Assembly: GCA_951406725.2 (NCBI GenBank)
Contig: OX597827.1
Span: 56,110,001-56,174,000, forward strand
Direction: 5' to 3'
Length of the DNA: 64,000 bases
Source of the DNA: Octopus vulgaris
Lineage: Eukaryota
Shown here: one piece after another, positions 25,593 through 38,051 of the stretch
How the letters are laid out: each line of letters opens with the position of its first letter
How positions within the stretch are numbered: the first letter of the stretch is position 1
Translations under genes and position numbers: made by a program
The notes under the pieces: generated by a model
Told to the model about the DNA's origin: nothing
The model's database searches: none
Seen by the model: the letters and a program-made list of their open reading frames with translations, nothing else

Positions 25593-26136
25593 TAACTGTT
25601 CGATATACAAAGGCAAAACATACTGCCCACTCAAAATAAGGGTAGAGGAACATCGTAAAGCTGTAACACAATGTTGAAAAATCAGGTATAGCCGATCATG
25701 TATGGAAAAGCAGAGACCACCTTCCGCTGTGGGATGAAGTTAAAATAATAGACAGAGAACACCACTGAAAAATATGAAAACTAAAAGAGGCAGCACATAT
25801 GCTAGGACACAATCACCTATTAAGTGGACCGAGTGCAGATATGAGTAGAATATGGGAACTGGTATTAAGGAAGGATACAAAAATATTAGGTTTATAAGCC
25901 CTGAAATTCACACTGTAATTCCCCATGGATATATAGCGTAATTGTTAAGAGCATGGACTACTAACCCCAAGATTCCGAGTTCAATTCCAGGCAGTGTCTT
26001 GAATAAATAATAAAATCAGCAAAAAAAAAAAAAAACCAGGGTTGGGTTCAAAATTCTACCAGGACATCTGACGAAGGCTGGAGAGTAAATCAGCTGAATC
26101 AAGACAAGGACACATATCTGTCCAATGTAAATAATG
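25593..26136 (+). mobile_element. 5'-truncated Penelope-like element: GIY-YIG remnant + tRNA-like cassette + degenerate hammerhead
   Basis: 14-bp TSD aatagagcttataa (25579-25592 and 26137-26150); C.IYKGKT..PLKIRVEEH...SGIADHVW...KIIDRE...LKEA remnant with stops and a frameshift. Confidence 0.82.
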
Positions 26137-26449
26137 AATAGAGCTTATAAATCTTGGTTTCAGATTAAAATTCAGGCAAAACAGATTCAAAATTGCAAGG
26201 AATATTTATTTACCTTCCTTTTACTTATCATTTTGCTTGTTTCAGTCATTTGACTGTGGCCATGCTGGGGCACTGTCTCGAACGATTTTAGTTGAATGAA
26301 TTGGCCCTAGTACTTATTTTTATCGGTCTCTTTTCCTGAACTACTCAGTCATAGGGACATAAACAAACCAACAACAGTCATGAAGTGGTAGTGGGATACA
26401 AACACAGACACAAAGACACACACACAAACATGCATACATACATACATAC

Positions 26450-26510
<61 letters not shown>

Positions 26511-26707
26511 TCTTCTTTCAGTTTCTATCACTCACACACACACACACACACACACAAACATTTTATACAACAGACTTCTTTCAGTTTCCACTCACATGGT
26601 TGGAAATGAAGCTTCTTACCACACAGCCATGCTTACCTACATGTTACCTAGTTTTAAAAACAATTGTTTTGTACTAATGAATGAAATCTACTGCTTATAT
26701 ATTTTAG

Positions 26708-26865
26708 ATCTCCATCAAAAATGGAAAATTTAGTGCTGGGATTGTCGGTGAAAAGTTTAAATTTGACAACACAGACTATAAACCAGAGAAAAATGAGCTG
26801 GAGACAGTTTTTTCACTTGGAGGCCTATCACCTCATTATCAAAACAACACTATCTCTTACTACAG
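26708..26865 (+). CDS. LAMA: Laminin alpha-like exon I, LG2 (ISIKNGKFS...FSLGGLSPHYQNNTISYY)
   Basis: ttttag acceptor, AG|gtaagt donor, phase 0-2; LGG motif. Confidence 0.87.
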
Positions 26866-27930
26866 GTAAGTCAAAAACAAAATATCACAGAATATATATT
26901 TAAAAACAAATTTTATAAATCTGCTTGCATGACATCTTGGACCAATGTTTTCTGCTATTGCCTCAAGTCTTGTGATTGAATTTTGGTTGAATAGAAGCTC
27001 TGTGGAAATCTGTGTGTGTGGGGGGGGGGTCCGTGTGGGGGGGTGTCCGTGTGTGTGTGTGTGTGTGGGGGGGGGTCCGTGTGTGTGTCTGTGTGTGTGT
27101 GTGTGTGTGACATGTGTTCTTGGTTTTATTTTCCAAATTTCTCACACATGAAGAAAGAATTAGTTTCTAGCCTAGAAACAAAAAAATCTTCCATTGGAAT
27201 TTAGACAGCATCAAACGGAGTAGTCTTGTGTGTATGTGTGTGTGTTTGTTCCTCCACCATCTCACAACCTATGTTGGTTTGTTTACATCAGACATTTGTT
27301 CATTCATTTGTTCATTCTTCTCTTTCACTTTTTAATTTAGAGTAAATTTTGACCAGCCCCTCTATTCGATAGCAAGATTGTAAAAGAAAGTATCTTCTTT
27401 TAACCATCTTCCTTTAAATCTTAAGAAGTTCTTGCAGATTCTTATAGCCCCAGATATCATGATCATTTGTAACCTGTGAATTAAGGATTTTCATTCTCTC
27501 TCCAAGATCCCAAGTTCAGCCCCACATCACTCCAGGCAGGTTGTTATGTATCCTGTTGCTCCAATAATAATTGTCATGAAGCTGAAAGTATATCTTAGGT
27601 ACTGGATTTGCAAACTCCTTATCAGTGATCCATACATGTCCTCTTTCTCTTGTATTTTTCTAACCACATTCATGTCCAGAGAGCAGCTAATTTCCATAAC
27701 AGAACATATCTTTTCTCTGTGGTCCCTGACAATGATATCTGGTTGTTTGTATCATAACTTCATGATTTTGTATGTATGTATGTATGTATGTATGTATGTA
27801 TGTATGTATGTATGTATGTATGTATGTATGTATGTATGTATGTATGTGTGTATGTGTGTATGTATGTGTGTGTGTGTATGAATGTATGTCTGTGTGTGTA
27901 TGTGTATGTATGTATGTATGTATGTATGTG

Positions 27931-28237
27931 AAGGCGCATGGCTCAGTGGTTAGAGCATCGAGCTTACGATTGTGAGGTTGTGAGTTCGATTCCCAGACTG
28001 GGCTGTGAGTTGTGTTCTTGAGCAAGACACTTTACTTCACGTTGCTCCAGTTAACTCAGCTATAGAAACGAGCTGCGACATCACTGGTGCGAAGCTGTAT
28101 CTGCTGTTGCCTTTCCCTTGGATAACACTGGTGGCGTGGAGTGGGGAGGCTGGTATGCATGGGAGATTGCTGGTCTTCCATAAACAACTTTGCCCGGACT
28201 TGTACCTCAGAGGGTAACTTTCTAGGTGCAAGCCCAT
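27931..28237 (+). mobile_element. tRNA-derived SINE family C
   Basis: A-box tggctcagtgg, B-box gagttcgattcc, then ttcttgagcaagacac body. Confidence 0.82.
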
Positions 28238-28494
28238 GTGTGTGTGTGTGTGTGTGTGCATGTAACGGTTAGTTCTTCGTTGCAGTCGAGGGTCACCAAT
28301 TGTAACGGTTGTTGTTAAGGTGTTGGTTGCCAGTATGCAAGATGGAAGAAGAACAGTGATTGAAGTTTGAAGGACATATTTATTTACCGTTACTTTGTAT
28401 AATGTCTTGACTCGACGGACAAGTGGCTGTATTATATAAAAGCAACAGAGTTATCTTTTCTTGTATGTTATTGCTTTTTCTTCTTCTTCCAATC

Positions 28495-28772
28495 AGCCAC
28501 AAAGAATAATCTCTAATTCGAGCCTACTCTAAGCTACTAAGAATGTGTATGGCAACTTGAAGATCCACCCACCACACGCAATAGACTGGCGGTTGCACAG
28601 GCGTGAAAGCTACGTTGTTATCCTCATTCCCTAAACAGTGGCTTTTAACGGGTGGAGAGCTGAACCATCTTGGGATACAGAGGATTTGCAATATAGACTA
28701 GATCTGAAAGTTTACCACACCATTGTGGGTTACACCATGGTTCCTCTGCTTTGTGGCAGAAGTAGGAAGAAA
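28495..28772. repeat. ~275-bp dispersed repeat, second copy at 29929-30205
   Basis: agccacaaagaataatctct...ggcagaagtaggaagaaaga occurs twice. Confidence 0.75.
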
Positions 28773-29500
28773 GAGTGAGAGAAAGTTGTGGTGAAAGAGT
28801 ACAGCAGGGTTCACCCCCGCCAGAGCCTCATGGGCTTAGGTGTTTTAGCTCACTAAACACTCACAATTTGGTCCTCAATCACCAAATCCACGCCATGCCC
28901 GTATGATCCACTACAAATGTATATATGCATGCATGCACATGTATGTGCATGTATGCATATACATATTGAGGCAACTATGTGATATGGATGGCATTACTTA
29001 TGTGGTTCTTACTACATTCCTACTTTTATTCTTCCACTTGTTTTATGGGCTGTGGCCATGCTGGGGCACAGCCTTGAAGAATTTTAGTCAAAAGAATCAA
29101 CCCCTGTACTTAATTTTTAAAACTGCTACTTATTCTATTCTATTGGTCTATTGGTTTAGTTGCTGAACCACTAAGTTACAGGGACATAAACACACCAACA
29201 CCGGTTATCAAGCAGTAATGCAGGTCAAACACACACACAGACAACTGGCTTCTTTCAGCTTCTGTCTACCAAATCCGCATATATGACTTTAATAGAAGAC
29301 ATTTGCCCAGGATGCAAATGTCTTCTTCTAAACGTTTGTTTAATATCTGTTAGTATTTATATCTTCATGAAAGAATTTATCATGGAAATAATCTAAGGAT
29401 GTTTTTTATTTATTTATGAATTCTTCATTCCTTTTTATTATTATCAGCTGCTTCTAAACAAATTTGTTTGCTTAACAAAAATGTTATTCATCTGCTGCAG

Positions 29501-29606
29501 GTCATTGACAGGGTGTCTGTCCAATGTCTGGCTAAACGACCAAGAAGTGAGTTTGTTACACCTTCAAGATGCTAGTCATGTACAGCTTGGAAACTGTGAT
29601 AAAAAT
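29501..29606 (+). CDS. LAMA: Laminin alpha-like exon J, LG2 end (SLTGCLSNVWLN...QLGNCDKN)
   Basis: ctgcag acceptor, gtaagt donor, phase 2-0; GCL.NV and terminal Cys. Confidence 0.9.
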
Positions 29607-29640
29607 GTAAGTAAATTATTTTTGGCTGTTGCTGCTGCTG

Positions 29641-29905
29641 CTTCTTCTTCTTCTTCTTCTTCTTCTTCTTCTTCTTCTTCTTCTTCTTCTTCTTCTTCTT
29701 CTTCTTCTTCTTCTCCTTCTTCTTCTCCTTCTCCTTCTCCTTCTCCTTCTCCTTCCTCCCCCTCCTCCTTATTCTCCTCTTCCTTCTTCTCCTCCTTCTC
29801 CTTCTTCTACTTCTCCTCCCCTCCCCCTCCTCCTCTTCTTCCTTCTTCTCCTCCTCCTCATTCTTCTTCTTCTTCTCCTTCTTCTTCTCCATCTTCTCCT
29901 TCTAA
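29641..29905. repeat. (CTT)/(CCT) microsatellite
   Basis: Directly visible. Confidence 0.9.
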
Positions 29906-30204
29906 TTCTAACCAGGACTCATGCCATTAGCCACAAAGAATAATCTCTGATTCGAGCCTACTCTAAGCTACTAAGAATGCGTGTGGCAACTTGAAGATCC
30001 ACCACACTCGATTGACTGGCAGTTGCACGGGCGGGAGAGCTACGTTGTTATCCTCATTCCGTAAACAGTGGCTTTTAATGGGTGGAGAGCTGAACCATCC
30101 TGGTGTACAGAGGATTCGCAATCTAGACTAGGGTCTGAAAGTTTACCACACCATAGTGGGTTACACCATGCTTCCTCTGCTTTTTGGCAGAAGTAGGAAG
30201 AAAG

Positions 30205-30886
30205 ACCACAAACACAGTCTTCTCTTTTGCACACTGCATCTAATTCCTCTTATGCCTAGTTTTTCTCTCAATACACTAACTCTCTGTTGCACATGTACAC
30301 TTATATTAAACATCCAGCTGAGCATACAAACCTTATTCCTCTCTAGCCTTTGCTTGTCCTTGACATTCAAGGCCCATATCTCACTACCATATAGAATTGG
30401 TGTTTGTATACAGGCATCATACAATCTTCCTTTCACTTGGAGAGAGAAACCTTTGGTTGCCAACAGAGGTAAAACTCCCTGAATTTTCTCCATCCTATTT
30501 TTATCCTAGCTATCACATTCTCTGTACATCCTTCTCCACTACTAATTTGGTCCCCTAAGGTGCAGAAATTATTCCACTGCACCTCGTGTGCCCCTAGCTT
30601 GCTCTGGGTACAACCAATGGAATTCCTGCTTACATCTTTCCTACTAATCAGGCAGAGTCACTTACCTGAAGAGGATAAAGCTCTGTGTGTCTTCTTGCTA
30701 ACTAAAACCTTAGTGTTTGTTAAATTAACCTTAATTCCCTTAAATTCCAGGTTTTGCTTCCACTCTTGGAATTTCTTTTCTAGATCTGATATGAGGGCAA
30801 GATCATCAGTATATAGTAGTTCCCAGGAGTTGCCAGTCTTGAATTCCTCTATTATGGCTTAGAGGACAATGATGAAAAGGAGGGGA
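30205..30886 (-). mobile_element. RTE-clade LINE reverse transcriptase fragment, degenerate
   Basis: PLLFIIVL..WELLYTDDLAL and KGRLYDAC...ILYGSEIW. Confidence 0.8.
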
Positions 30887-31675
30887 AAACATATATATAT
30901 ATATATGTAGTCATTTCAAATAAACAAAAAATTCAAATAAATGGATAAAAAACGAAAATAATAAAAACAATAAACAGGAGGACATGCACAAGAAGCATAT
31001 TAGCTGCTTGATGCTCAGTGAACGGGGAGAGTTTAACGTTTCAAGCATAACTCTTCGTCTGAGAAAGGGAAAAGTTCAAAGAAGGAGGAGAAAAAGAAAT
31101 TTCCAACTGGCCAAGTGTAGTTATATATACACCCAAATACATAGTGATTGATCCATCTTCACAGATGATTGCCATCTCCTTGTGCTTCCTTACTGTCAAT
31201 GGCATTTCTGACTTTCCATTCATGACCTCTCAGATGACTATTCAGTCCCATTGCAAATCTGCATGGTTTTGAGAAGCATAGGTAACAGACAAACGTTGTA
31301 ACTCACGGTGTGCTTCCAACTGGTTTTGTCTGCATCCATCACTATTCTTTCATCGCCCTAGGACTTTTAATAGATGGAATGACAAATGAAGTTACCGTGA
31401 AGTGACATCTGTACCTCATTGGATTATTGTGATAAATGCTTGTACAACACAAGTACCACTCAGAGCCTCTCTGATTAGTACCAAGTGGTAGGCTGAAGCA
31501 AAATGACCAGTAATCTCATGCAACTGCACACATACACACATATATACATGTACATACACACACATACGCATACACATTATTTATCAATCTCTTTATCTAT
31601 CTGTTTGTTGTTTATCTCTGTCAAATGTAAAACTTATTTATTCACATTTTTAATAATTAATCATGTATTATCCAG

Positions 31676-31810
31676 TTGTGGTTATCATGCATCCAATTCA
31701 CAAAACATTCCAAGGCATTCCAGCTTCCAGACTTTGGCTTTGTAAAGTCAATATCTATCAAAGTTAGTCATCAAGCTAATGGTGTGGCACTATTCTTTGA
31801 AAGAGAAGAG
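31676..31810 (+). CDS. LAMA: Laminin alpha-like exon K, LG3 start (LWLSCIQF...NGVALFFEREE)
   Basis: tatccag acceptor, GAG|gtgagt donor, phase 0-0. Confidence 0.83.
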
Positions 31811-31922
31811 GTGAGTCACATTTTATTTATTATTCATCAGTTTATTGTATTATTCTAGATATTGGCAGATCTTAAGTTTTCTATTTAGTACCTAACTCAG
31901 CTATTTAGCTTAACAAGGAATA

Positions 31923-32040
31923 CCGTAAATCCTCGAGTATAATCCGCATTTTTTTCCCAAAATTTAAAGGTCAAAATCCCTAGTGCATATTATACACGAG
32001 GTTAAAAATGAAAATTGTTTTCTAAGCAATGTTCGAGTAC
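31923..32040 (+). mobile_element. Tc2/pogo-like non-autonomous DNA transposon end (longer copy at 42231-42670)
   Basis: ta|ccgtaaatcctcgagtataatccgc terminus shared by both loci. Confidence 0.6.
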
Positions 32041-32044
32041 CAGT

Positions 32045-33260
32045 TTCAGGCATCCACTAATGATGTGTCATACCATTTCACCCCTCTCACTACACATTCT
32101 GCATTTGTTGCTATCGGTAACGTTGTCTATTTGGCACTTCATATAGTCAGTCCCTAACGCTTGTTCCTGAGCTGTGCATATGAGTGCTTTTGTCTCTGTC
32201 TTTAAGTCACTCCTCCTCATCCATAGCCTCTGGCCCTTGTATCTGTCTTGACATTCACATCTCTTGCAAACTGACCGTACATTTTCTTTTCCTTCCATGC
32301 TTTTTCTTCTTTTTTGTACATTTCTTGTTTAGATTTTTCTTTCATTTCACAATTTTCAGTTTTGATGACGCTGGCCTTCTTCATGTGTTTCAACAGTGGC
32401 TCATTGACATTTTTTATATACCACCTTAAGCTGTTTTCCTCTGCGTCGATACAGTCTTGGCAATTGATCAAACCTCTCCCACCCTTTCTTCTGGACAAGT
32501 ACAGCCTGTGTACTGTCAACACTTTTCTGTTCTTGGTATCCATTTTATTCATTTCTCTCTTTTGCCATTTTATAATTCCAGCTCCATACTTAAGTGATGC
32601 TCTCACCCACATATTAACTGCTTGGATTTTATTCCATCCAGTCAATTTTGAGCACAGTACTAACCTCAGTCTTAGGAAATACTCCATCCTTAGTTGCACT
32701 TTCATTTCCTTTTCCATTATCTCATTGAACTCTTGTACACCAAAATATTTGTATCCTTCTGTTTCGATTTTGTTTACTCAAGTCTTTATTCAGTAATTCT
32801 ACCTCTTTTTAGGTAGATTATTCCACACATTATTCTACAGATTATTTAGGTAGATTATTCCACACATCTTGAATCCGAATTTCATTCTAATATCAGTACT
32901 AAAACAGTGGACCATGTTCATCAAGGAATTCACTTGTGTCTCATTTTTGCCATACAGTTTCAAATCATCCATGAAGAAGAGGTGGCTAATTGTTTTGGGA
33001 TTTTTCCTTTAGCTGGTACCCCAAGTTCATTTTCATAAGTACCAAGGTCAGGAGTATCATGCAGAGAACAAAAAGCAATGGAGATAGGCTATCACCCTGG
33101 AAAATCCCCCTTCTGATACCTAGGGTGCCCAAGCTTTTAACATAAGATGTCAGTTCAGTTTTCCATCTTACCATACTCCTCTTCAGGAAACACATTGCAT
33201 TCCTCACAATTCCAAACAGATCTAAGCACTTGATGAGCCACAAATGTGGAATCATATTAT
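32045..33260 (-). mobile_element. R4/Dong-like (RLE-type) LINE fragment with RT and Zn-knuckle, 5'-truncated
   Basis: GIFQGDSLSPLLF, HLFFMDDLKLYGKN, YKYFGV, GGRGL, KCRMCSERGEMV.HIISGC. Confidence 0.85.
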
Positions 33261-33277
33261 CATTTATTATTTTCCAG

Positions 33278-33414
33278 AAATTTGCTATTGAGGTGAATCT
33301 ACAGGATTCTCTGGTAGAGGTTACAAACCATGTGACAAAGGATAAATCCAGTATGACCAGAAATTCAAGCACTGCACTCTGGAATGTTATAAGTGTCATT
33401 GACCAGGTGGGAAA
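33278..33414 (+). CDS. LAMA: Laminin alpha-like exon L, LG3 (KFAIEVNLQDSLVEV...ALWNVISVIDQVG)
   Basis: ttttccag acceptor, AA|gtaagt donor; the only candidate I found that bridges phase 0 to phase 2 between the neighbouring exons; W..I.V LG motif. Confidence 0.82.
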
Positions 33415-33423
33415 GTAAGTAAA

Positions 33424-33424
<1 letters not shown>

Positions 33425-33454
<30 letters not shown>

Positions 33455-33823
33455 CTTCTTCTTCTTCTTCTTCTTCTTCTTCTTCTTCTTCTTCTTCTTC
33501 TTCTTCTTCTTCTTCTTCTTCTTCTTCTTCTTCTTCTTCTTCTTCTTCTTCTTCTTCTTCTTCTTCTTCTTCTTCTTCTTCTTCTTCTTCTTCTTCTTCT
33601 TCTTCTTCTTCTTCTTCTTCTTCTTCTTCTTCTTCTTCTTCTTCTTCTTCTTCTTCTTCTTCTTCTTCTTCTTCTTCTTCTTCTTCTTCTTCTTCTTCTT
33701 CTTCTTCTTCTTCTTCTTCTTCTTCTTCTTCTTCTTCTTCTTCTTCTTCTTCTTCTTCTTCTTCTTCTTCTTCTTCTTCTTCTTCTTCTTCTTCTTCTTC
33801 TTCTTCTTCTTCTTCTTCTTCTT
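33425..33823. repeat. Perfect (CTT)n tract of about 400 bp
   Basis: Directly visible. Confidence 0.95.
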
Positions 33824-35101
33824 CCTCCTCCTCCTCCTCCTGCTGTTGCTGCTTCTGTGGCCTCTGCTTCTTGAAGCTGACTGCTCTTATACCACAATCA
33901 CTTAAGCACTATTCATACATTCATCTCTCTTCCTCACACCTTTCCTCTATCCTGTCCCTCACACATTTCCACACCCTAACTGCAAATATACACCAAGGAC
34001 AGTGATCCTCTGCAATTCCTTCTGTGCATGTGCTTTTCATGTAGCTGTCAGATCGGGATCATTCCAATAGAAATATTAGTTTCAAATTTATGCACAAGGT
34101 CAGCAATTTTGGGGAGGGGTTAAGTCAATTATATCGCCCCCCCCCCCACACACACACACACAAAAAAAAATAATAAAAGGCTATGTCGACCTCAATGGAA
34201 TTTGAACTCATGATGTAAAGACAGACTAAATACCACTAAGTATTCTGTCCAGTGTGCTTATGATTTTGTCAGCTTGCCACCCTGTTCCAAAAGAAATATT
34301 AACTGTGTCGATCTCATTGATCTTAGGAAGACCTGTGAAGACTGTGGGAAAATTTGTTGTCAACTCCACTACTTCCACATGATCGCAAAGAAAAAATCTC
34401 TTCAGTGTTGCATCAACAATTTGTGATCTGACACCATTGTTTTGAAATAGAATATTCTCCTCTCAAGATACCCAGTTGGTCATGTATAACAGAAACAGAA
34501 TCATGTTTATATCTCCATGCATATTCAGGCATCTGTTTCAGTCGCTTTGCCCTAGTTTCATCTGATTCAGTTGCTTGTCTTTATCTCTGCCATTGTGCCT
34601 TTGCTGCTAAATTATCTTTATCAGTCGTTTATTATATATAAATGAAAGCTCATTAAAAACTATCTTGTTAAGCGTGCTAGAAATAGCACCAATCACATGG
34701 TTATTATTGTAAGGCTTATAGCATTCCAAGTAGACATAGCAACAAAATCACATATCATTTAAAAAAAAAAATTATACCAGTATATTAAAGACTTTTCATT
34801 TTATCAAAAATATTCATTTAACAAACTCCAGAAACTGCTAATATTCTGGAAATGGTGCCTCATGTCAAAGTTATATAGCAATTATTAAATTATCGTTAAT
34901 GAAAATAGAGGCAAACAAGAATGAGAGACTGTTGCAAATAAAAATGTAAAATGTGGCTTGCAACAAATTAATAGTGCTTATTATTAAACATTAAAATCTT
35001 CTCCGCTGTGAATGCAATGAATATTTGAATTTGTGAGAATTTGAAGTTTTAAAAATTCAATAAACTTCAGAAATTGAAATTAAAGGCAATTTCTTAGAAC
35101 A

Positions 35102-35895
35102 TCTGTATATATATAAGGCAAGATGTGTGTGTGTGTGTATGTGATTGTAGTTTATGCACATCCACAAATTAGCACACATGTCGCTCAAATTTTAGGAGGA
35201 CATTTGTCACAATCCTAGCTGTATTTTCGTCAAATTATTTTCCCCCGAGGTACCTGCGAATAGCGGTAAATAATTTTTAGCCATAACTTCTAAATTTTTA
35301 CGGCGATGAAACCTACCATTGTTTACAAAGCAAACATGAGTTAAGTCGCCTCCTAGCGACGGTGTAAAGAGAGGGAGGGAGGGAAGGAGAGAGAGAGAGA
35401 TAGCAGATTTTTAAAATTTCGTCTTTTTACTGGCAATAACAGACAGACAGGTGTTGTTATGTAAGTATGTGTGAATGACTTCAGTCACACATACACACAC
35501 GAGCATTTATGCAATAGGTGTATGTTCATATATGTTTCTCGATTTTTTTCCACTCATCGATTGTTTTTTCTTTTTGTTTTCATGTAACCCCACTTCGTCC
35601 ATGGGTTAAGAACCCTTCCAGCAAGGAAAATAGAACGCCCAAAAGGGCCCCCCGATCCTCTGTGTGAGAAATGGTTATGTTCAGATCACAACTAAGATTA
35701 TATATATGGGCAACAGACACACACACACAAACGTATACGTACATACACCTATTGTATACACTTTTTTCATAGTGCTTTTTTCATAGCGTTTTTCAGATGG
35801 CCAGATAACTGAAGAGATGGTGGTGTGGATTTCCACCTCGGCATCCGAAACTCAGAATTTTATCTTGGCTACCGAGTAATTGTCACATTTTTTAC

Positions 35896-35900
<5 letters not shown>
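35102..35900 (+). mobile_element. Probable Helitron-derived non-autonomous element (5' end visible, 3' end unclear)
   Basis: a|TCTGTATATATAAGGCAAGATGTGTGTG start resembles the other Helitron 5' ends in the window. Confidence 0.45.
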
Positions 35901-35946
<46 letters not shown>

Positions 35947-36200
35947 TTACAGATATAGGGTGAAAGATAATTAATTTAATAAAATCAACAAATTTCACCT
36001 TATTCAGTAAAAACCATATTCAGTAAAAACTTATACAAAAAGTTTTTTTTATATATAATTATAACAATACAGGTTTTGCAAAACCCTTATTGTTATAATT
36101 ATATATATATATATATATATGATGACTTTCCACATAGATATAATATGTTCATTTTTTTAAAGAAAGTAACTAAGAATAATTGTTTGTTTTCAATGTTTAG

Positions 36201-36392
36201 TCTCCATATTAGCCTGGATGGTCAAAATAGTGTGGATATGGGCTATAAAAAAAACACTGGCTGGATTCGGAACAACGTTAATGATTTTTCCATGAGCATC
36301 ACTATTGGAGGATTGTCTGAAGACTACCAAGAATCCAGTAAGAAATCAAAAACATTACATGGGAGTATATCATCTGTGCTTATTGAAAATGC
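36201..36392 (+). CDS. LAMA: Laminin alpha-like exon M, LG3 (LHISLDG...ITIGGL...LHGSISSVLIEN)
   Basis: gtttag acceptor, GC|gtaagt donor, phase 2-2; L.LDG and IGG motifs. Confidence 0.87.
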
Positions 36393-36858
36393 GTAAGTAT
36401 AACAGAGTTTAAACCTTTTGATACCAACCTGCCTAAGACTACCACAAACCCTATGTTTTCAAGTGATTTAAATAAAAAAAAATGCCTGGCAAAACTTCAT
36501 GTTAATTTACATCCTAGATACCAGCTTAACTATTATTACAAACCTTGCTCTATTTTCAAAATTAATTGAAACAAAGGCAGTGTATTTTAACAGAAATATA
36601 CTAACAAAAGAGTTGAACAAGGAATTCTCAAACTACTCTGTTTTCTTTAGCTATTCTTTAGCAGCCAAGCTTTATAATGTTAACCTGGGAAACAGAGTGT
36701 ATAATGTACATAGGAACACAAGTATATGTGTATGTTGCATGTGTGTTTGTTTTGAAAATTTGTAGATTACATAAATCATTAAAATGTGGAATGGATGCTG
36801 AAGAGGAAAGAAAACAAATTTGAAAAATGAAACACACACACACATGCATACATATGTA

Positions 36859-37232
36859 CACTATCGTCAGAAATTAATTAGCACCCTTGATTTGCTCTTC
36901 ACTCAAGGTATGTGCTGTCACCTAGTGGCCATATCTCGAACTATTGCTTTGTTGCGAGTTCACTGTTGCGCAGAACGATGACGTAACTTTGTTTGCAGAG
37001 CAGTTTGAGAGTCTACAGCCTTATGATGTTGACATAGCAGTGCAACAACAACTTGCGGATGCAGACAAACTTCCTTTGTTTAATAGATATAGGTAGCGCC
37101 TCGCAAGGACCGAAATCACACCATACTAAGTTTTCTCATCGCGTAAGACGTTTTGAACAGCTCATAGGTTAATTGATTTAACCTATTTAATGTAGAAATT
37201 TGAGAAGTGCTAATTAATTTCTGATGCAAGTG
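36859..37232. mobile_element. Non-autonomous Tc1-like element
   Basis: TA TSD; TIRs cactatcgtcagaaattaattagcac / gtgctaattaatttctgatgcaagtg, same family as 50728. Confidence 0.8.
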
Positions 37233-37263
<31 letters not shown>

Positions 37264-37424
37264 ATATACATATATTCTCTCCCTCTTTATTTCCTTGTGT
37301 TCCTTTCTGTTGAAGAATGTAGGCTCGAAACATAAAAGACATTCTCACCTTCCCAAGCGTTAAACTAATACACCTGTTTATTGTTTATACACCTGTCTTC
37401 GTCTTTTGATTTTCTGTAAATTTC

Positions 37425-37469
<45 letters not shown>

Positions 37470-37652
37470 TAGGCATAGGCATGGCCGTGTGGTTAGAAGC
37501 TTGCTTCCTAAACACATGTAGTCCCGCTGCGTGGAATCTTGGGCAAGTGTCTTCTACTATAGCCTTGGGCCGACCAAAGCCTTGTGAATGGATTTGATAG
37601 ACGAAAACTGAAAGAAGCCATTATGTTTCTACAGCTGGATGCCCTTCCTAAC

Positions 37653-37701
<49 letters not shown>

Positions 37702-37743
37702 TATATTTCTACTATATATACTAGCATGGAAAGCGGATATTAA

Positions 37744-37964
37744 CCCTTTAGTGTTCACATTATTCTACCAAAATTAATGCTTTTTTATCCACATTGTTTT
37801 GAACTAATCATGCATTATCTTGTAGCTATGAGATTTTGATGAGGTAGCTGTTAATTTTTAAAACGATATTGTAGGGTTGGTGTGAGAGACCAGATCTGGT
37901 CAGTTTGAACATAAAACAGGCAGAATACTTTTGGCCGGATATGGTCGGTTTAAATGCTAAAGAG
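37744..37964. mobile_element. piggyBac-like MITE
   Basis: TTAA|CCCTTTAG ... CTAAAGAG|TTAA. Confidence 0.65.
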
Positions 37965-37986
37965 TTAAATGATGATAATGATGATG

Positions 37987-38018
<32 letters not shown>

Positions 38019-38051
38019 TATATATATATGTATGTATATATTATATATAGA

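Noticed and set aside
27931-28003. tRNA-like sequence as a functional tRNA gene
   Set aside because: The acceptor stem pairs poorly and the sequence continues into a SINE body. The same applies to the other SINE and PLE tRNA-like heads.
32986-33897. 303-aa poly-Arg ORF fused to RT motifs
   Set aside because: It is a chance read-through of the (CTT)n tract, the antisense of a laminin exon and a LINE fragment.
34430-35000. Candidate acceptors for the missing LG3 exon
   Set aside because: The acceptors I tested hit early in-frame stops, and the exon at 33278-33414 satisfies both phase and motif.
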